From Gemmatimonadota bacterium (GTDB lineage: Bacteria > JBHIER01 > G020348925), in the NCBI GenBank assembly GCA_020348925.1, contig CP070758.1, forward strand, positions 3,177,688-3,241,687: a stretch of 64,000 nt of DNA. Direction: 5' to 3'. The position numbers and the translations under genes were made by a program. Position 1 is the stretch's first letter. Each line of letters opens with the position of its first letter. This document shows positions 10,254 to 19,954 of the stretch, piece by piece. The notes beneath the pieces are model-generated. The model ran no database searches, was not told the DNA's origin, and saw nothing but the letters and a program-made list of their open reading frames with translations.

Positions 10254-12188
10254 TTACTCACTTGTCCCCAAGATAATGCCCACTATGGCCACGACATCCA
10301 AAACGTCCACCGCACCATCACCGTTCATATCGGCAGCTTCGAATTGTTCCGGCGTAGGATCGTGGTTTTCTAAAATGATGTTCACCGTCATTACAACATC
10401 GAGGACATTGATAGCTCCATCACCGTTGACGTCTCCTTTTGTGCAAAGAATATGAGACATGGTAATACTTTTAAATGCAGTCAGACTATCACCAACATTA
10501 TCCCAAACTGTCAAGCGCAGATCGTAATCACCCTCATCGATCCCCAATGTGTTCCATGTGCCCAGAATATCATGATGAATTTCACCTGTCGACTCTGCAA
10601 TGAGCATCCATGAGGGCTCCTCCACAGGAGACCAGTAGAGTCTGTAATGATCGAACGTTGTGGGATTCTGCGGTCCCGCATCTGTCCAGGCCGAGCCCAA
10701 TATGTAAACCATTGCCTCAACCGAGCCAGTGTCAGGACCCTCTATGGCAGCAAACATGACGAGGGCTGTATCCATAGCTTCCGGTTCGTAATCAAAGGAA
10801 GAGTTGACTGCTAAAAAGTATGAATTTCCGTGGGCCAGATTCGTAGATTGATACGGCATGAGAGAAAGCACAGAGGAATTCACTAAGAGCAATGTTGACG
10901 CATTCCACGAGCCAACGAATGCCTGGCTTAATCCATCGGTGAAAGAGACAAAAGCACTGTCTATCGATCCTAATAATATCGTGTGTCCGCTATGCGTACT
11001 GCGCGCCGCATATATCTCAGAACCGCCCTTCCCGATCATCTCTCCAAAAACACAGGAATCCATGTAGAAAACCGTCTGATCCATGGGATACCAGTTCCAC
11101 CAGTAGACATAGGTGTTTACATATTGCACGTGCCTGTCATGCAGAGGAACATTGAGGTCGGAGTGCATATCGTAATTTGCTATACCCTCGATGCTGAAGG
11201 TATTTGAGCTACTGGGTATCCTGAAGCACGATCCTCTTATTATTGAATTATTGACGACAACAGAACACCCGGGAAATGTTTCCATCGACCACCAGCACTC
11301 CCGACAGTCGTCAACGATAAATGTGAAGCCGACACCGTCCACGCCGGGGGTCGCTTCCGAGAATTCGAAGTGATCAACGGCATCCGGAGCTGGAAATTGA
11401 ATATCAATAATCGATCCATCCGGAGTCTCGAACCAGGGCATGAGCGTGTCGCAGCGGGTGAAGTGGACGGAGCAGGAGTCATCCACCAGAAGATCACCCA
11501 CATAATCAACATCTTCGAGAATCAGAGTCGAACTGTCAAAAACTTTTCTGAATGTCCAGTCAGGGAATGTTGTCCGCCTGGCCATATATGTGCTGTTGTC
11601 GTGCAGTTGCACAAAATGCATGACACCATTGGCATCGACCGTAGCATCTGAGGCCTCAAACGGAGCACGATCCAACAACCAGGCATAATACTGACCCACA
11701 TAGAACTGGTTATAGTGGAGGTGAGCGTTATTCCTGAAAAGAGCCTGCCCTTGGTCTTGAATCCACAGTTGTCCGGAGAGGGTGAGTTTCGCGTTATCGA
11801 CTACAAGTATACCATCGCCAAAAATGATAATATCACCTTCCTGAACATAATCCGTGACTATGAATACCGTATCATAATCAGGACCAATGTAAAGATCACC
11901 CTGTCTGTCCGCCTCAAGACTCGGGACTCTACTCTCAATGAATCCTTTGCTAAAAAGAATGTGCTTTCCTTGCATCTCAAAAGGAAATTTAGTTCTCATG
12001 GTAGAATGTTGCAGAGAAGGGATACTACTCCCTCGTCGACTCTCAAAACAGATTTTGTCTATCTTCTCCTGAGGAAATACAGTATTTTTCTGCCCATAGT
12101 TCTTAGATATGGTTCCGGAAGCAATAAATACTAAAATCGCCAAGAGAAAAACATGAATCTTACTTTTGATTATGACATATCTGTTCAT
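10254..12188 (-). CDS. Secreted protein (beta-helix-like core, Ig-like domain) with C-terminal dockerin
   Basis: AAGGAG RBS before ATG 12188, an N-terminal hydrophobic segment, and C-terminal GDVNGDGAINVLDVV...ADMNGDGAVDVLDVV. Confidence 0.85.
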   Translation of the reverse strand: MNRYVIIKSKIHVFLLAILVFIASGTISKNYGQKNTVFPQEKIDKICFESRRGSSIPSLQHSTMRTKFPFEMQGKHILFSKGFIESRVPSLEADRQGDLYIGPDYDTVFIVTDYVQEGDIIIFGDGILVVDNAKLTLSGQLWIQDQGQALFRNNAHLHYNQFYVGQYYAWLLDRAPFEASDATVDANGVMHFVQLHDNSTYMARRTTFPDWTFRKVFDSSTLILEDVDYVGDLLVDDSCSVHFTRCDTLMPWFETPDGSIIDIQFPAPDAVDHFEFSEATPGVDGVGFTFIVDDCRECWWSMETFPGCSVVVNNSIIRGSCFRIPSSSNTFSIEGIANYDMHSDLNVPLHDRHVQYVNTYVYWWNWYPMDQTVFYMDSCVFGEMIGKGGSEIYAARSTHSGHTILLGSIDSAFVSFTDGLSQAFVGSWNASTLLLVNSSVLSLMPYQSTNLAHGNSYFLAVNSSFDYEPEAMDTALVMFAAIEGPDTGSVEAMVYILGSAWTDAGPQNPTTFDHYRLYWSPVEEPSWMLIAESTGEIHHDILGTWNTLGIDEGDYDLRLTVWDNVGDSLTAFKSITMSHILCTKGDVNGDGAINVLDVVMTVNIILENHDPTPEQFEAADMNGDGAVDVLDVVAIVGIILGTSE

Positions 12189-12201
12189 ACCATGCTTCTC
12201 C

Positions 12202-13650
12202 TTATGGACCATAATGACCCGTGCCCAGGATTACACTGACAATCCCCACGACATCGAGAATGTCTATCCGGCCATCGCTATTATAATCCGCCGCCCAGAG
12301 ATCGTAATCAGTCGGTGGTGGCGGTAGATGCAGAATCAGGTGAACAACTCGCAGGACGTCAACAATATTGATGACCCCATCTCTGTTCAGATCACCTTTT
12401 TCCTCCGGTGGGTCTTGAAGTACTTCAATAATAACCGGGTCCTGCCCCACAGGAACGAAAACGTTTCCCATGTATACGTTCAGGGTGTCTACAAAAAATG
12501 CAGTACCATAATCAGACACCTCGGATCCTGAAGAATAACGGGGGACAACATTCTTTGCAACAACTCTGGAGCTCATACCATTGGTGAAGTGGACCTGTTT
12601 TGAATCTCCGGACTCATAATCCGGATCGAGGAAATAATCCCACCAGGCAACCCAGACCGGTAAGTCATCGCGTTTGAATCTGTATGCGTAAGTGTTCTCG
12701 ACACCAGTCTCAATGATATGAATGTTCTCCCAATCACTCCCCTCGAGTTTTTCCGTCATCTTTTTGATGGTATAGTAGGCCAGCTTCTTCACCCCCATGC
12801 CCGGATCGCCGCCGTCCTCCGGATCGTTGCCCTTTCCGAAATCCTCGCCATCATAGATGAGACCCGTATGATCAAAATAGCCGTCATCGTATTTGAAACC
12901 CTCCATCAATCCGAAAGCGGGAAAGACCTTCTTCACGCCCCGGGAGAGAGGATAGATGAGGCGCTTGCAATAGTCCGACGCTTGCTGGCGCTCGGATTGA
13001 AAGGGAAGTACCTGTTTTCCGAAATCCACCGGATCACCGGAGTAGGAGCCCATCTCCGTGATCCATATGGGAACATCATCCGGGAACCCGAAGCGCAGAA
13101 GCGCGGCTTCTACATGAGTGAGGACATCCCGACCGGACATGGTATCCAGAAGTCTGTATTCACCCGTCGCCGTTCCGTACCAGTGAAAATCGAAAATATC
13201 GAAACCCTGCCCGGCGAGATCGGCCAAAATCGGAGCATAGAAGGTATCAAAATCTTCAATGTAATTATTTGGGAAACCCGTTGCCCCGCCAATGAGGACC
13301 TGGCATTGAGGACAGACGTCCTTGATGGCCTGATACGTCATACGCTGAAGTTGAGCGAAGCCGGAACGTACAGCGTCATTCGGCTCATTCCCGACCTGCC
13401 AGTAGGTGATGGGATTCACAAGCCCTGGCATATCGTCGACGCCGTCGCCGTCATAGCGCTCTACCGTTGCTTTCACAAAATCCACATACTGAACTTCATC
13501 AACGGGCAGCCAGGAACCGGGCAGGCACCGCCCCTCATCCCTGGGACCCTGAGGCGCGATATTTCCCAGAATTCTCATCTCAGCAGGAACAGCGCTCCAT
13601 TGCTCGTCATACACGGTGAAATCATAGACCGGCTGCTCAAGGTCCGGTTG
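12202..13650 (-). CDS. Clan GH-A glycoside hydrolase-like protein with C-terminal dockerin (5' end lost in the gap)
   Basis: WQVGNEPN (acid/base), DFHWYG and IWITEMG (nucleophile) motifs. C-terminal GDLNRDGVINIVDVL...ADYNSDGRIDILDVV. Confidence 0.85.
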   Translation of the reverse strand, partial: QPDLEQPVYDFTVYDEQWSAVPAEMRILGNIAPQGPRDEGRCLPGSWLPVDEVQYVDFVKATVERYDGDGVDDMPGLVNPITYWQVGNEPNDAVRSGFAQLQRMTYQAIKDVCPQCQVLIGGATGFPNNYIEDFDTFYAPILADLAGQGFDIFDFHWYGTATGEYRLLDTMSGRDVLTHVEAALLRFGFPDDVPIWITEMGSYSGDPVDFGKQVLPFQSERQQASDYCKRLIYPLSRGVKKVFPAFGLMEGFKYDDGYFDHTGLIYDGEDFGKGNDPEDGGDPGMGVKKLAYYTIKKMTEKLEGSDWENIHIIETGVENTYAYRFKRDDLPVWVAWWDYFLDPDYESGDSKQVHFTNGMSSRVVAKNVVPRYSSGSEVSDYGTAFFVDTLNVYMGNVFVPVGQDPVIIEVLQDPPEEKGDLNRDGVINIVDVLRVVHLILHLPPPPTDYDLWAADYNSDGRIDILDVVGIVSVILGTGHYGP

Positions 13651-13750
13651 NNNNNNNNNNNNNNNNNNNNNNNNNNNNNNNNNNNNNNNNNNNNNNNNNN
13701 NNNNNNNNNNNNNNNNNNNNNNNNNNNNNNNNNNNNNNNNNNNNNNNNNN
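13651..13750. other. Assembly gap (100 N)
   Basis: Run of N. Confidence 1.
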
Positions 13751-13821
13751 TCCCATCGGCCTTCGATTACGGCCGCTCGAATTTCATCAAGAAGTTGCAC
13801 TTCTATCCTCCCTGCTGTCAC
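13751..13821 (-). CDS. N-terminal fragment of a separate gene, possibly a corrinoid-protein cap domain
   Basis: ...LLDEIRAAVIEGRW resembles B12-binding_2 cap starts (L..AVI.G). Only about 20 codons are visible. Confidence 0.3.
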
Positions 13822-13960
13822 TTTGAATTTTCATCTCTCCTGAGGCACACGCACATCTTAACATATATAATTTAAACGATAATAATAATATACTTGAACT
13901 TCTTTTCCAAAGACTTTTTTAGGACTCCTCCAGGAAGAGGAGACCTGGGGGAAAAATCCC

Positions 13961-13989
13961 TTGACACCCCCTTCTTTTTTTTATATGCT
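13961..13989 (+). promoter_or_regulatory. Putative sigma70 promoter
   Basis: TTGACA-N17-TATGCT upstream of the 14022 CDS. Confidence 0.65.
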
Positions 13990-14021
13990 TTTGTCGTGAC
14001 AACAGACAGCATGAAAGGATT

Positions 14022-14918
14022 GTGCGTATGAAGAAAAAGAGTTGCGTCAGACTCATTTCAGAAACATGGTGGTTCCTGCTACTCATGATCACGTGGGGAC
14101 CCATGTGTTTTTTCAATGTCTCGGTTGAAGCCCAGATTTTCAAGAGCGAGGTTGCTCTCGATCTTACACAGCTGCCGGAGACGAAGAAAGAGAGGGTGGA
14201 GGGTCTTGATGATACAATCCGGGATTATATCGACAACTCCCAATGGTTTGAAAATCCTCTGAGTTTTGAAATACCGATCACATTGACTATGAGCCTCCTG
14301 GATGCCAGCGCGCAATATGAGGATCGCTACTCGGCGCAACTTCAAGCTTCAAACAATAGGGACATCCAGTTTAAAGACAGATTTTGTAAATTTCCGTATC
14401 AGATGAACGAACCCCTCTTCCGTGACGATAATAGCTATGATCCATTGACAGGTCTCATCGACTTCTATATATACATGATCGTTGGTGCCGAGATGGACAA
14501 GCGAGCAATCCTTGGGGGGCAACCATCTTATGAGCAGGCTAAGAAAGTGTGTCAAAATGCCATGTTCGGAGAGAGCATTTTCCACACAGGCTGGGATAAG
14601 CGAACCGAGCTCGTTGAGAAAATAGCGTCCGAAGAGTGGGAGACCATTCGCAAGTTACATGCTATATTTTTCAGGGCAAAAATATACCATCAGGAAGGCA
14701 ACGGGGCAAAAGCAAGAAGGTACTGTCGGGCTGTTGTCATTGAGTTGGGTAAAATGTTTGATGAAAATCAAGAAGACGAGAAAATGAAGGAATTTCTGAA
14801 ATATCACTTTTTTGAATTCGGACCGCTTTTCGAGGAAGAAAAAGATCCGGCCCTTTTTCAGAGATTGATTGAGATGGATCCGGACCATCGCGAAGAATAT
14901 GAAAAATACACCAAATGA
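14022..14918 (+). CDS. DUF4835 / PorD-like type IX secretion-associated protein
   Basis: Signal peptide plus YDPLTGLIDFYIYMIVGAEMD...GGQPSYEQAKKVC...GW, which matches the DUF4835 pattern. Confidence 0.7.
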   Translation: MRMKKKSCVRLISETWWFLLLMITWGPMCFFNVSVEAQIFKSEVALDLTQLPETKKERVEGLDDTIRDYIDNSQWFENPLSFEIPITLTMSLLDASAQYEDRYSAQLQASNNRDIQFKDRFCKFPYQMNEPLFRDDNSYDPLTGLIDFYIYMIVGAEMDKRAILGGQPSYEQAKKVCQNAMFGESIFHTGWDKRTELVEKIASEEWETIRKLHAIFFRAKIYHQEGNGAKARRYCRAVVIELGKMFDENQEDEKMKEFLKYHFFEFGPLFEEEKDPALFQRLIEMDPDHREEYEKYTK

Positions 14919-14943
14919 TTGTGGAGAACTTTCACGAAAAAGC

Positions 14944-14971
14944 TTGCATTTGAAAAAATAGTATTTATACT
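14944..14971 (+). promoter_or_regulatory. Sigma70 promoter for the ncRNA
   Basis: TTGCAT-N16-TATACT immediately before the long hairpin. Confidence 0.7.
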
Positions 14972-14976
14972 TAGGG

Positions 14977-15155
14977 AAGAGGGCTAAAAAGAAAAACCTC
15001 TCGAATTTGACGTTTGAAGGTTGTCCCCGGAGGTTGAGGCTACTTGCCGTGACCCCTCGTTGGATCGGGGGCGAGCAACGACAAAAAACCGAAGGTGACT
15101 ATAAAAACCCTTTACCGTATTGAGGTAGGGTGAGTTTTTCGAATTTAGCCCTCTT
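14977..15155 (+). ncRNA. ssrS: Probable 6S RNA
   Basis: About 180 nt. Closing stem AAGAGGGCTAAA/TTTAGCCCTCTT, continued interrupted pairing (GAAAAAC/GTTTTTC, GAAGG/CCTTT), an A-rich unpaired 3' segment, an apical CCCCTCG/CGGGGG stem, its own promoter and a downstream T-tract. Confidence 0.65.
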
Positions 15156-15291
15156 TTTCTTTTCTGGATATCGACCGTTCGTTGCAATTTTCACTCTTTT
15201 GATGATCGTCAAGAGCATAGCGTATGATCATCGATTATTCCGAAGCCGCCCCTGTATTCCTCATATCATCATGCGAGGTGAAGGTTTCATA

Positions 15292-16068
15292 ATGCCAAAA
15301 TTCGTCGTCGTCGGATCGGCTTCCGGCATGCCCGTGCCCGAGAGAACCCACGCTTCCCTTCTCCTTGATACTGAAAAACAATGCTATCTCTTCGATGCGG
15401 GTGAGGGATGTTCATCTTCTCTGTTACGATGTAGAATAAACCACCACAGGATCGGTGTAATCTTCATATCGCACATGCATCCCGACCATTGCACCGGGTT
15501 GCCTATGCTTCTCCAAATGATGTACCTGGGACAAAGGACCGCTCCACTGGAAATTTACATTCCCCAAGAGGGGACTGTGGCTCTCGCAGAGTGGCTGTCC
15601 AATATTTATATCTTTCCGGAGAAACTCCCTTTTCCCACTACTATAGAACCCATTCACTCTGGGACTTTTTTTCTTAATAATACCGCCCTCACTATTACGG
15701 CCTTCTCGAACTCACACCTTCAAGGATATCGCGACCTTGTGTCGTCACACTATCCCCAAAAAACTCTGGAGAGTTATTCCTTTAAAATTGAGTGGAATAA
15801 AAAGACCGTTGTCTACTCCGCGGATCTTTTCTCCTTGAACGACATCATCCCGTACAGTCAAAACATCGATCTTCTCTTCATCGAGGGAACTCATATAGAC
15901 ATTGAGGACATCCTCTCGTTTCTCGTAGAACAACATGTTCGGAAAACGGTTGTAACCCATATACCTCCGGAGCTCGAGGGTCAGGAAGATCACGTCCGTT
16001 CACTCGCATCAAAATTGGGGGTCGCTTCCATTCGTTTAGCTTTCGATGGAATGGAGGTTTCACTGTAA
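15292..16068 (+). CDS. MBL-fold metallohydrolase, RNase Z/BN-like
   Basis: GSASGMPVPER, LFDAGEG, SHMHPDHCTG (HxHxDH), YSAD and THI motifs. GAGGTG RBS before ATG 15292. Confidence 0.88.
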   Translation: MPKFVVVGSASGMPVPERTHASLLLDTEKQCYLFDAGEGCSSSLLRCRINHHRIGVIFISHMHPDHCTGLPMLLQMMYLGQRTAPLEIYIPQEGTVALAEWLSNIYIFPEKLPFPTTIEPIHSGTFFLNNTALTITAFSNSHLQGYRDLVSSHYPQKTLESYSFKIEWNKKTVVYSADLFSLNDIIPYSQNIDLLFIEGTHIDIEDILSFLVEQHVRKTVVTHIPPELEGQEDHVRSLASKLGVASIRLAFDGMEVSL

Positions 16069-16233
16069 TAGTATTGTGCACCGCCCCCCTCTACAAAGCA
16101 TTCTTTTAGAATCACCGGAATTCGACACAGCGTTGCTTTTTTGAGATTTTGTCTCTTCACACATAGATTCCTGTGCTTTTCGGATGATCCCATTTCACAC
16201 GAAAATCACTATAAACGCACTCCGAAAAAGAGG

Positions 16234-16261
16234 TTGACAAGAGAATAAAAGTTCATATATT
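16234..16261 (+). promoter_or_regulatory. Putative sigma70 promoter of the energy-metabolism cluster
   Basis: TTGACA-N16-TATATT, about 145 nt upstream of the 16408 start. Confidence 0.6.
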
Positions 16262-16407
16262 TAAGGATTCTTTTGGCCCCCACGGCTGCCGCTTGAAGGG
16301 AGATGGAGACTTTTCGTTTCTCATGTCAGCACATGAAGAGGAAGCAACAGGTATAGAAAAAGGCCGAAAGGAACGGAAAAATACTTGTTTTTCAGGGGAT
16401 TCGTAAC

Positions 16408-17724
16408 GTGAGCACGAAAAAAATTCGAATAATAATTATGGGTGCTGCGGGACGTGACTTTCACAACTTCAACGTCTGCTTCCGCGACAACGAGGCATAT
16501 GACGTTATTGCCTTCACCGCAACCCAGATACCGAATATCGAAGGTCGGAAATATCCGGCAGAATTGGCGGGTTCCCTCTACCCTGAGGGAATACCGATTC
16601 ATTCCGAGGATGAACTCGTCGATCTTATCGTAAAAAAGAGAGCGGATGAGGCCATTTTTTCTTACAGCGATGTTTCACACGAATATGTGATGCACAAAGC
16701 CTCCGCTGTCATCGCAGCAGGGGCCAACTTCGTCTTCTTAGGCTCAGCGCCAACCCTCATCGAGAGTTCACGCCCCGTTGTCTCGATCTGTGCGGTTCGC
16801 ACGGGGTGTGGCAAGAGCCAGACAACTCGAAGAGTCTGTGACATTTTGAAGGGGAAAGGAAAAAAGGTCGTCGTCATCCGCCATCCTATGCCATACGGTG
16901 ACTTGTTGAAACAGAAAGTCCAGAGATTTGCATCATATGATGATCTTGATACACACGAATGCACCATAGAGGAGCGAGAGGAGTACGAGCCTCACATCGA
17001 ACAGGGACGTATTGTCTACGCCGGTGTCGATTACGGGGCAATTTTGGAGGAAGCCGAGAAAGAAGCGGACGTCATCGTCTGGGACGGCGGCAATAATGAT
17101 CTTCCTTTTTACAAACCCGATATTCATATCGTTGTGGCGGATCCACACAGAGCCGGCCATGAACTGCGGTATCATCCCGGAGAGGCGAATTTGAGAATGG
17201 CTCATGCCGTTGTCATAAATAAAGAGACGACTGCCGAGCATGCCAATATTGAAAAAGTGAAACACAACATTCAGGAAGCCAATCCAAATGCGATGATTGT
17301 GGACGCCGAGTCACCCATTTACATGGACGATCCATCGATTGTCAAGGGAAAACGGGTTTTGGTCGTTGAGGACGGACCCACGTTAACCCACGGCGAGATG
17401 AGCTACGGTGCCGGAACGATCGGGGCAAAAAAATTCGGAGCTGCCGAGCTTGTCGATCCACGCCCGTTCGCCATAGGCTCTATCGCCGAAACCTTCAGGA
17501 AGTACTCCCATATCGATGCACTCTTACCGGCCATGGGCTACGGTGAAACACAGATCAAGGAACTGGAAAATACAATCAAGGCGGTGGATTGCGAGGCGGT
17601 CGTTATTGGCACACCCATAGATCTCCGTCGCATCATTTCCATCGATAAACCTTCGGTTCGGGTCAAATACGAACTTCAGGAGATTGGAAAACCCAACCTG
17701 GAGGACGTCATGGCCGACATTTAA
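16408..17724 (+). CDS. arcE: COG2403 P-loop protein (cyclic 2,3-diphosphoglycerate synthetase-like), probable arginine synthetase
   Basis: GAAGRDFHNFN, AFTATQIP, AVRTGCGKSQT, RHPMPYGDL, EEREEYEPH, WDGGNND and VEDGPTLTHG motifs. Directly upstream of carbamate kinase. Confidence 0.8.
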   Translation: MSTKKIRIIIMGAAGRDFHNFNVCFRDNEAYDVIAFTATQIPNIEGRKYPAELAGSLYPEGIPIHSEDELVDLIVKKRADEAIFSYSDVSHEYVMHKASAVIAAGANFVFLGSAPTLIESSRPVVSICAVRTGCGKSQTTRRVCDILKGKGKKVVVIRHPMPYGDLLKQKVQRFASYDDLDTHECTIEEREEYEPHIEQGRIVYAGVDYGAILEEAEKEADVIVWDGGNNDLPFYKPDIHIVVADPHRAGHELRYHPGEANLRMAHAVVINKETTAEHANIEKVKHNIQEANPNAMIVDAESPIYMDDPSIVKGKRVLVVEDGPTLTHGEMSYGAGTIGAKKFGAAELVDPRPFAIGSIAETFRKYSHIDALLPAMGYGETQIKELENTIKAVDCEAVVIGTPIDLRRIISIDKPSVRVKYELQEIGKPNLEDVMADI

Positions 17725-17745
17725 GTCTTCGCGAGTTAAGAAATT

Positions 17746-18711
17746 ATGAAGCCGAAACTCAACGGAAAGACAGCCGTCGTGGCTTTGGGAGGAAACGCCA
17801 TCTCGCCCAAAGGGCAGGAGGACTCCATTGCCAATCAGTTCCGTCGGACGCGGGAGAGCCTCCGGGAAATTATGAAGCTCATCAAAGTGGGATATCGCAT
17901 GGCCATCACCCACGGCAACGGTCCCCAGGTTGGTAATGCACTCCTGAGAGTTGAACTGGCCCGTGGAAAAGCTCCCATTCTACCCCTCGGAATCTGTGTC
18001 GCGGATACAGAAGGCGGCATGGGGTACATGATCGAACAATCCCTCCAAAATGGACTAAAATCGGCGGCAATCGATCGTGAGGTCGTGACCATCGTCACTC
18101 AAGTTGTTGTCGACCCGGGCGATCCTCTCTTTGATAAATACACGAAATTCGTCGGCCAGTTCTATTCGGAAGAAGAGATCAAGAATCTGGCGAAAAAAAA
18201 CGGGTGGAAGGTGAAAGAGGACTCCGGAAGAGGGTGGCGCAGGGTTGTACCATCCCCCAAACCGCTCCATATCGTGAACGCCAATGCCATTAAAAAATTG
18301 GTGGACGACGGCACAGTCGTCATCGCCGCGGGCGGCGGAGGGGTTCCGGTGTACATCGAAAACGGAAATATATTCGAAGGGGTTGATGCGGTCATCGACA
18401 AGGACCTGGCCTCGGCTGTCCTGGCCAAAGAGATCGGAGCCGAGGAGCTCATTATCCTGACCGATATCGACCAGGTGGCCCTCAATTACGGAAAACCCGA
18501 ACAAAAGTGGCTGGACTGTGTGACCGCCGATCAAGCTCACGAATACTTGCATCAGGAGCATTTCCCATACGGCAGCATGGGGCCGAAGGTCAAAGCGGCC
18601 ATCAATTTCATCGAATGGGGCGGGAAAAAAGTCATCATCACATCCATCGAAAAAGTGGAGGAAGCCATTCAGGGGAGAGCGGGGACAACGATTGTCCGTT
18701 CCTTACAATGA
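17746..18711 (+). CDS. arcC: Carbamate kinase
   Basis: VALGGNA, THGNGPQVG, GWRRVVPSP, GGGGVPV, AVIDKD and GSMGPKV motifs. Confidence 0.96.
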   Translation: MKPKLNGKTAVVALGGNAISPKGQEDSIANQFRRTRESLREIMKLIKVGYRMAITHGNGPQVGNALLRVELARGKAPILPLGICVADTEGGMGYMIEQSLQNGLKSAAIDREVVTIVTQVVVDPGDPLFDKYTKFVGQFYSEEEIKNLAKKNGWKVKEDSGRGWRRVVPSPKPLHIVNANAIKKLVDDGTVVIAAGGGGVPVYIENGNIFEGVDAVIDKDLASAVLAKEIGAEELIILTDIDQVALNYGKPEQKWLDCVTADQAHEYLHQEHFPYGSMGPKVKAAINFIEWGGKKVIITSIEKVEEAIQGRAGTTIVRSLQ

Positions 18712-18747
18712 GTAAAAAGTACATTCTTTACTAAACGGCGGAAACCC

Positions 18748-19911
18748 ATGAAGATTCACGAATATCAAGCCAAGGAAATCTTAAAGAAGTTCGGCGTGGC
18801 AGTACCCGAAGGCAGCGTCGCCTTTACTGTTGAAGAAGCACAAAAGATCGCGGACGATTTGGGCGGCAGGGTCGTCGTCAAGGCTCAGATACACGCCGGA
18901 GGACGGGGTAAGGGCGGCGGGGTAAAACTGGCCAACAGCGCTCAGGAGGCCCAGGGGATCGCCCAGAACATGCTGGGCATGAAGCTGATCACTCCCCAAA
19001 CCGGCCCCCAGGGAAAGGAAGTGAAGTGTCTTCTCATTGCGGAACAGATCGACATCCTCAACGAACTCTATGCGGGCATCGTCCTTGATCGAATACGCTC
19101 CCAGAATGTGTTCATGGTCTCAACGGAAGGCGGCGTGGAGATTGAAAAAGTGGCCGCTGAGACCCCTGAGAAAATCGTAAAGGAATACATCGATCCGGCG
19201 GTAGGTTTTCAACCCTTTCAGGCCAGAAAGTTGGCATACGCTCTCAACCTGGAGGGCGATCAGGTCAAAGCGTGCATCAAATTCCTCTTGGCGCTTTATA
19301 CAGCCTACGAAGAGAGCGACGCATCATTGGCTGAGATCAATCCCCTGGTGGTAACCAAGGATGGGAGGGTCTTAGCCCTTGACGCCAAAATGAATTTTGA
19401 CGACAACGCGCTCTATCGTCATCCTGAGGCCAAAGCGATGCGGGATCTCTCGGAGGAGGAGCCTTCCGAGGTCGAAGCCTCGAAATACAATCTCAACTAT
19501 ATCCGCCTGGATGGCGAGGTCGGCTGTGTAGTCAACGGCGCAGGTTTGGCCATGGCCACCATGGACATCATCAAGCTCGCCGGCGGAGAGCCGGCCAACT
19601 TCCTGGACGTGGGCGGTGTGGCCAGCTCCGAGACTGTCTCCAACGGATTCAACATCCTGCTTGCTCACCCCAAGTTGAAATCGGTTTTAATCAATATTTT
19701 TGGTGGCATCGTCCGGTGCGATCGTGTCGCTCAGGGTGTCGTCGATGCCCTTACAAAGGTCGAGGTTACTGTCCCAATCGTCGTGCGCTTGGAAGGCACG
19801 AACGCCGAACAGGCCAGGCAACTTCTCGAGGAATCACCCTTGGAGTTCATTGTTGCCACCGACTTCAAAGACGCCGCTGAAAAAGCGGTGGCTGCGGCTC
19901 GAGGAGCATGA
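18748..19911 (+). CDS. sucC: Succinyl-CoA synthetase beta subunit
   Basis: [35 protein letters not shown] and [10 protein letters not shown] motifs. Confidence 0.97.
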   Translation: MKIHEYQAKEILKKFGVAVPEGSVAFTVEEAQKIADDLGGRVVVKAQIHAGGRGKGGGVKLANSAQEAQGIAQNMLGMKLITPQTGPQGKEVKCLLIAEQIDILNELYAGIVLDRIRSQNVFMVSTEGGVEIEKVAAETPEKIVKEYIDPAVGFQPFQARKLAYALNLEGDQVKACIKFLLALYTAYEESDASLAEINPLVVTKDGRVLALDAKMNFDDNALYRHPEAKAMRDLSEEEPSEVEASKYNLNYIRLDGEVGCVVNGAGLAMATMDIIKLAGGEPANFLDVGGVASSETVSNGFNILLAHPKLKSVLINIFGGIVRCDRVAQGVVDALTKVEVTVPIVVRLEGTNAEQARQLLEESPLEFIVATDFKDAAEKAVAAARGA

Positions 19912-19954
19912 CGTCGTATGCCAAGAACGGTTCTATTATGATGAGGTTCAAAAC

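Noticed and set aside
12202-13875. ORF-track proteins spanning the first N gap (539 aa minus, 385 aa plus)
   Set aside because: They are chimeras across a 100-N placeholder. The two sides are probably different genes, and the plus ORF is an antisense shadow.
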